Assembly (NCBI GenBank): GCA_049599475.1
Contig: JBMYOQ010000005.1
Location: 1 to 64,000 of the forward strand
DNA from: Opitutales bacterium
GTDB taxonomy: Bacteria > Verrucomicrobiota > Verrucomicrobiia > Opitutales > JABSRG01
Length of the DNA: 64,000 nt
Direction of reading: 5' to 3'
The notes under the pieces are model-generated. The model was not told the origin of the DNA. It ran no database searches and worked only from the letters and a program-made list of their open reading frames with translations. The position numbers and the translations under genes are program-made. Positions 59,730 to 64,000 of the stretch are shown piece after piece. How positions within the stretch are numbered: the stretch's first letter is position 1; every line of letters starts with the position of its first letter.

Positions 59730-59773
59730 TAGGTCAAATGACCTATTCAATATCGATTAGGTCTGTTGACCTA
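59730..59773. promoter_or_regulatory. Two TetR-type operators TAGGTC-N4-GACCTA
   Basis: TAGGTCAAATGACCTA (59730-59745) and TAGGTCTGTTGACCTA (59758-59773) between divergent dehalogenase and tetR genes. Confidence 0.8.
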
Positions 59774-59822
59774 GGGTGTCAAGCATGCTAGCAAAGAAAA
59801 TTGTCCCACGATTCAGAATCCC

Positions 59823-60392
59823 ATGGCGCACAAGCAAGAAACCAAAATCCTCATCATCGAAACCGCTATCGAAGTCCTCCGCACCAGCGGGACCGAGGGC
59901 CTGACATTGCGTAAAGTCGCGACCCAGGCATCGATCAGTCTGGGGAATCTACAGTACCACTTCAAAGACAAGCCGGCCCTCTTTGCGGGGCTTGGCGGAT
60001 ATTATTTTGGGCAGTGCGCAGCATTGCTCGACCAATATGAAGGCCTGGATGATTCCAAATCTATCGAGAAAAAACTGCGCCACTTGATTCTATTTTACCT
60101 GGATCACCTAGATGAACTCACTGACATGTGCCGCATCTTTCGAGAACTCTGGGCCCTAGCCACCCGGGACATCGAAGTGCAACAACAGCTGAACGACTAC
60201 TACAGGCTGACCGTAGAAAAGCTCGAGGCTATAGTTTCAGAAATGGGCATTAGCCCAAAATTAGCCCGCGAAATTGTAATCCTACTTCTCCCATATTTCG
60301 AGGGCTATTCCATCACGCATGACTCCCTCGCCTATAACAAAACTGAGACCGCCAAACTGCTTACGCGTCTATCTATGGAGTTGGTGGAGTAG
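59823..60392 (+). CDS. TetR/AcrR family transcriptional regulator
   Basis: GLTLRKVATQASISLGNLQYHFKDKPAL. Confidence 0.92.
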   Translation: MAHKQETKILIIETAIEVLRTSGTEGLTLRKVATQASISLGNLQYHFKDKPALFAGLGGYYFGQCAALLDQYEGLDDSKSIEKKLRHLILFYLDHLDELTDMCRIFRELWALATRDIEVQQQLNDYYRLTVEKLEAIVSEMGISPKLAREIVILLLPYFEGYSITHDSLAYNKTETAKLLTRLSMELVE

Positions 60393-60430
60393 GAGGAGTC
60401 CGCTGTAGTTTTGGCTCCTTACCTAAACAA

Positions 60431-60532
60431 CTCTGCGACTCAGCGCCGTAGGCCTGCCGGAGATGGCTTAGCAACTCAACGCGAGAACCCAATCGAGTAA
60501 TAGCATCGCGCAGAGTCCGCAGAGCCGCGGAG
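60431..60532. repeat. Inverted repeat of the CGCAGAG family
   Basis: CTCTGCGACTCAGCG (60431-60445) vs CGCAGAGCCGCGGAG (60518-60532). Confidence 0.55.
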
Positions 60533-60592
60533 TGTAGGCGTTTTCAATGTAGATGACATGTGGTATCTGATTCTTTCTTGTGATTGGTGTCA

Positions 60593-61942
60593 CTAGTCTG
60601 GGATTACGATTTCTATTTTAATTGGTGAGGCTAACCTCATCGTGCTTTGGTGATCTTTGGAAGATTCGAAATATCCGCGCTTTAGGGTGACGGTGCGCTG
60701 CTGATTTTGATTGTCCATCATTTCGAGGCTGATTTCGGAGCCGTTGGGGCCAGCGAAGAGCTGTGCGATAAAATGGCGGCTGCGCCCCTTTGTATCGATA
60801 CCATTGATGCGGATGATCTTTTCCTTTTCGAATACCAGGCCACTTTGGCATGCGGGCGAAATGCTGGAAAAGGATTCGATGTAGGGTGTCCGGTCCCTAT
60901 CTACTTTAATGTTGATTCCGAGCCCGTGGTATTTTTCCAGGGCGCGTTGTTCTCTTCTTAGGGCTCCGCGTGATTCGAGATATGCGGCGATGTCGCTTTT
61001 TTTCTTTATGATTGCATAGTCCAGAGCGGTAAGTCCGCCAGCATCCAAGTGATTAATAGGGATGCCTAGATCGACCAAATACTCGATGATTTCAGTGTCT
61101 TCGTGGAGCATCACCGCGGCTTGGATAAGAGAAAATTCGGCTCCATCTACGATCCAGGGGCTTATGCCGCTTTGGATGAGTCGATTGAGGATCTTAGGGC
61201 GATTGAAACCCACAGCTATACGTAGGTATAATTCGGGCGCTTCGGATCCCAGGATTTTTTGGATAGTCGCCTGGTCGAGATATTCAGACGATTGCATTTC
61301 GCGCGTGATCGCAGAGTCCGGTTGCACGTTTGGATACGGTATAAGATGACGATGATCGGCGCCGAGATTAACGAGTGTCCTGTTTTTCTTCTCATATCTG
61401 AGTATTACGGGTGTGTCTTCGCTGATCTTTGTGAATCCCTCGCGCGCCTGATTGGAAAAGAAATAGGTCTCCTCCTTTGCATGAAAACCTTTTGTTTGGA
61501 ACTGAATCGCTAATTCGTTCCCTACGGCATTTTCGATTTTGAAATAGCCTTCTTTATCAACTGGGATCCCCGTCACTATTTTTATGTAATCCGGATACCC
61601 CTTACGTTTCAGAAAAGACTGAATCTTCTTTTTAGTCTCTTGATGTGTATACCATCGAGCGATAATCCGGAGTTTAGATGGATCATCAAGATGAGGGCTC
61701 TCAATTTTTCCATAAAAGGAGAATGTTTTATCCCAATGATTGTCTGAACCATTCCGCTCATTTGGAAGCGAATTAGCGAGTATCTGATCGCTCGCATTTT
61801 TGATCAAACTTGCACCGGCGGCATACGTGTCCGGGGGGCTTTGGGCAATCGCGGTTCCGGGAATGAGTATCGATAAGAAAAGAATCTTTAGTGAACAACG
61901 CATCCGATAGGTCGAGTTTCCAGTGTGGAATGCATCCGGCAA
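60593..61942 (-). CDS. Secreted protein with ankyrin repeats and a C-terminal PDZ domain; true start probably ~36 nt downstream
   Basis: GLTALDYAI..IAAYLESRGA ankyrin pattern; YHGLGINI..SPACQSGL..IIRING..GPNGSEISL..VTLKR PDZ pattern. Confidence 0.7.
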   Translation of the reverse strand: MPDAFHTGNSTYRMRCSLKILFLSILIPGTAIAQSPPDTYAAGASLIKNASDQILANSLPNERNGSDNHWDKTFSFYGKIESPHLDDPSKLRIIARWYTHQETKKKIQSFLKRKGYPDYIKIVTGIPVDKEGYFKIENAVGNELAIQFQTKGFHAKEETYFFSNQAREGFTKISEDTPVILRYEKKNRTLVNLGADHRHLIPYPNVQPDSAITREMQSSEYLDQATIQKILGSEAPELYLRIAVGFNRPKILNRLIQSGISPWIVDGAEFSLIQAAVMLHEDTEIIEYLVDLGIPINHLDAGGLTALDYAIIKKKSDIAAYLESRGALRREQRALEKYHGLGINIKVDRDRTPYIESFSSISPACQSGLVFEKEKIIRINGIDTKGRSRHFIAQLFAGPNGSEISLEMMDNQNQQRTVTLKRGYFESSKDHQSTMRLASPIKIEIVIPD

Positions 61943-62112
61943 GGATATTCATGCGCGACGACCTCCCTGCGGCGGCTACTCACCCTTCAGCATTTGTCGT
62001 AGCCGCCGGGCGAAATTCAAGCATAACTGAAATTATACGCGAGCATCTAAAAACTGGGCTTTTCGAAGTGGCGTTCATTTTTGAAGTTGGGCGAGGTGTC
62101 GGCACTGAGCTG

Positions 62113-62799
62113 CTACTCAAACTCTTTACGGAAGGCCGCGAATTCTGATCTGAGATCGGCAAGATCGGTCTTTAGGGCTTCTACAGTGGCTTCGAGTTCG
62201 GCGATTCTGTCCATCTTCGCACTAGCCTTATCTAGGCCGCTGTGGGGCACGGGCGCCGCTTGTTCTGACGTCTCGGGCGTTTCAGGGACGCCGGATAGTA
62301 AATGGGTGTAGCGTTCTTCCTTTTGGCCTGGGGCTTGGGGGAGTTTGCGCCACAGGGGGCGATCGGAATCCTCTGCGATGTCGGTAAGCGCTGTCTCGAT
62401 ATCTTCAATATTTGCAAAGGCGAATAGACGCTCGGTGCGCTGGCGAAGCTCGCCTAGAGTTTGGGGACCGCGCAGAAGTAATACGGCAAGCAAGGCTTTT
62501 CCGGAACGCTCGAGCCCGAGGGTGTAATCGACACGGTGGCTAAATTTCGGTACTCGTGAACCCGCTCCATCCGAGCGAGCGACTAGCTGTTTATGACGTA
62601 GGCCTTCTATAGCCTCTGCGAGTATGTCTTCATTGTAGTCGACTACCGGGTTGCGGTTTGTCTTCTGGTTGCAGGCCAGGAGTAGGCTGTTGAGCGTGAG
62701 CGGGTAAGTGTCTGGAGTGGTTGCCTCCTTTTCCATTAAGCAGCCCAATACACGGGCTTCTTCGGGGCTTAGAGTGGGGTATGTTTCCTCTTCGATCAT
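62113..62799 (-). CDS. yceH: YceH / DUF480 family protein
   Basis: [58 protein letters not shown]. Confidence 0.9.
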   Translation of the reverse strand: MIEEETYPTLSPEEARVLGCLMEKEATTPDTYPLTLNSLLLACNQKTNRNPVVDYNEDILAEAIEGLRHKQLVARSDGAGSRVPKFSHRVDYTLGLERSGKALLAVLLLRGPQTLGELRQRTERLFAFANIEDIETALTDIAEDSDRPLWRKLPQAPGQKEERYTHLLSGVPETPETSEQAAPVPHSGLDKASAKMDRIAELEATVEALKTDLADLRSEFAAFRKEFE

Positions 62800-62933
62800 G
62801 CTTCGACCATCATCGGATTAAACGAGCGAAAAGACAAGCGTGCGGATCGGGCAGGGAAGGGGGGCGCTGGAATGTGCCGGCCGGTGACCTTCTCGTTGCA
62901 CTCTTTATTCGGGTAGATATGCATACCTGATTT

Positions 62934-63878
62934 ATGTCGATGCCTGGTCCATCCAAGTCACCTCTCCCGCTCAGCTTCTATGTGCAGGTGCTATTGTGCG
63001 CGGTGTTGTGGGGGAGTGCTTTCCCGGTCATCAAAAACAGCTATACAGCGCTGAACATTGAAAGCTTTGGCGAGCAATTGGTCTTCGCGGGGAGTCGCTT
63101 CGTACTGGCTGGCTTGTTTTTGCTGCCTTTGTGCCGTGGTCGCTTCATCTCTAGTATTCAGGCAGCGCCCCGGCTCCCACTGGGTGCTATCCTGCTGGGA
63201 CAGACGTATTTCCAATATTTATTTTTCTACTATGGTTTGAGTGTGTCGAGCGGAGCCTTGGGTGCGCTTCTGGTTGGTTCTGGGAGTTTTTGGTGGATGT
63301 TGTTGGCACCGCTAATCCTCAAGACTCCGGCGCCGACACGACGCCACTGGCTCTTATTGGCAGGCTGCTGCGTGGGGATCGTATGTGCGGTTTACAATCC
63401 GGATAATGAAATTTCGAATACTGGTCCGGGGTCTGTCGCCTTTCTCTTGGCGACGTTTTCGGGGTCTGTTGCGGCGATCTTTATGAAACGCGTAGCGCCC
63501 ATTGCCGGCTCCTTGGCACCGACTTGTTTTTCTCTCGGGGGCGGTGGACTCCTTCTTTTGCTGAGCTCGTTTGCAAGCTGGTCTGCTTACCTGAGCCACT
63601 TCAACGTGATCACCTTTGGGGTCACGGTCTATCTCGCGATTGTTTCTGCGGCTGCGTTTGCCATTTGGAATCGTCTAATCCAGCGTTATAGCGTAAACAC
63701 GCTGTCGGGTTTCCGATTCCTGATTCCCCTGATGGGCTTGATCGAGTCAGTTCTATTTATCCATGGAGAGGCACTTAGACCAGGTATCCTGATTGGAGGG
63801 GGGATTATTCTCGGCTGCCTAATAGGAGTCGCCAAAATTAAAGAAGCTCCGACGGAAGGACGCCTGATTCGGCCATAG
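62934..63878 (+). CDS. DMT/EamA family transporter
   Basis: LWGSAFPVIK, FAGSRFVLAG, about ten TM helices, FLIPLMG. Confidence 0.88.
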   Translation: MSMPGPSKSPLPLSFYVQVLLCAVLWGSAFPVIKNSYTALNIESFGEQLVFAGSRFVLAGLFLLPLCRGRFISSIQAAPRLPLGAILLGQTYFQYLFFYYGLSVSSGALGALLVGSGSFWWMLLAPLILKTPAPTRRHWLLLAGCCVGIVCAVYNPDNEISNTGPGSVAFLLATFSGSVAAIFMKRVAPIAGSLAPTCFSLGGGGLLLLLSSFASWSAYLSHFNVITFGVTVYLAIVSAAAFAIWNRLIQRYSVNTLSGFRFLIPLMGLIESVLFIHGEALRPGILIGGGIILGCLIGVAKIKEAPTEGRLIRP

Positions 63879-64000
63879 GAATGTTGGTTTGCTGGAGATC
63901 ACTTCTCTGTCGCGGCTACTTGGTCTTTTCTTGTCCCGGTAGCCGTTAGAGCTCATGTCCTTTTTTAATGCAGCAAACTCTTGAAGTCCGACCGTGTCCG

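Noticed and set aside
63879..64000. 3' end of a minus-strand gene running off the window
   Set aside because: Too short to fix the frame or assign a product

Overview
Gene-dense bacterial window of moderate GC. Gene content points to Verrucomicrobiota, Opitutae/Coraliomargarita-like: PEP-CTERM proteins, a DUF1501-DUF1549/1553 cluster and large secreted multidomain enzymes. This taxonomy is an inference from gene families only. I found no rRNA, tRNA, CRISPR array, transposase or integrase. Main blocks: (1) 0.4-13.4 kb: GH2 glycosidase, a sensor kinase with a NarL-type regulator, two PEP-CTERM proteins and a ~1540-aa secreted c-type-heme/FN3/LamG protein, linked by three exact copies of the palindrome TACGCG-TT-CGCGTA in the two divergent promoters. 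(2) Three subtilases and a yqhD/yqhC pair. (3) A cytochrome c-LRR, DUF1549/1553, DUF1501, ECF sigma, FecR operon. (4) A GH10-esterase multidomain enzyme beside a membrane-anchored AraC regulator. (5) A fused GHMP sugar kinase-pyrophosphorylase with a degenerate GalU-like partner. (6) selO, radD, a Kef-type antiporter, a TetR-controlled haloalkane dehalogenase operon, yceH and an EamA transporter. Features the ORF track does not show: a duplicated Rid gene with a 1-nt frameshift, a decayed copy of an esterase 3' end, a premature amber stop in a KefF-like gene, a cytolysin-domain-4-like module, a shared C-terminal domain on secreted proteins, and several REP-like intergenic repeats. All product calls come from recognising motifs by eye; no database searches were run.
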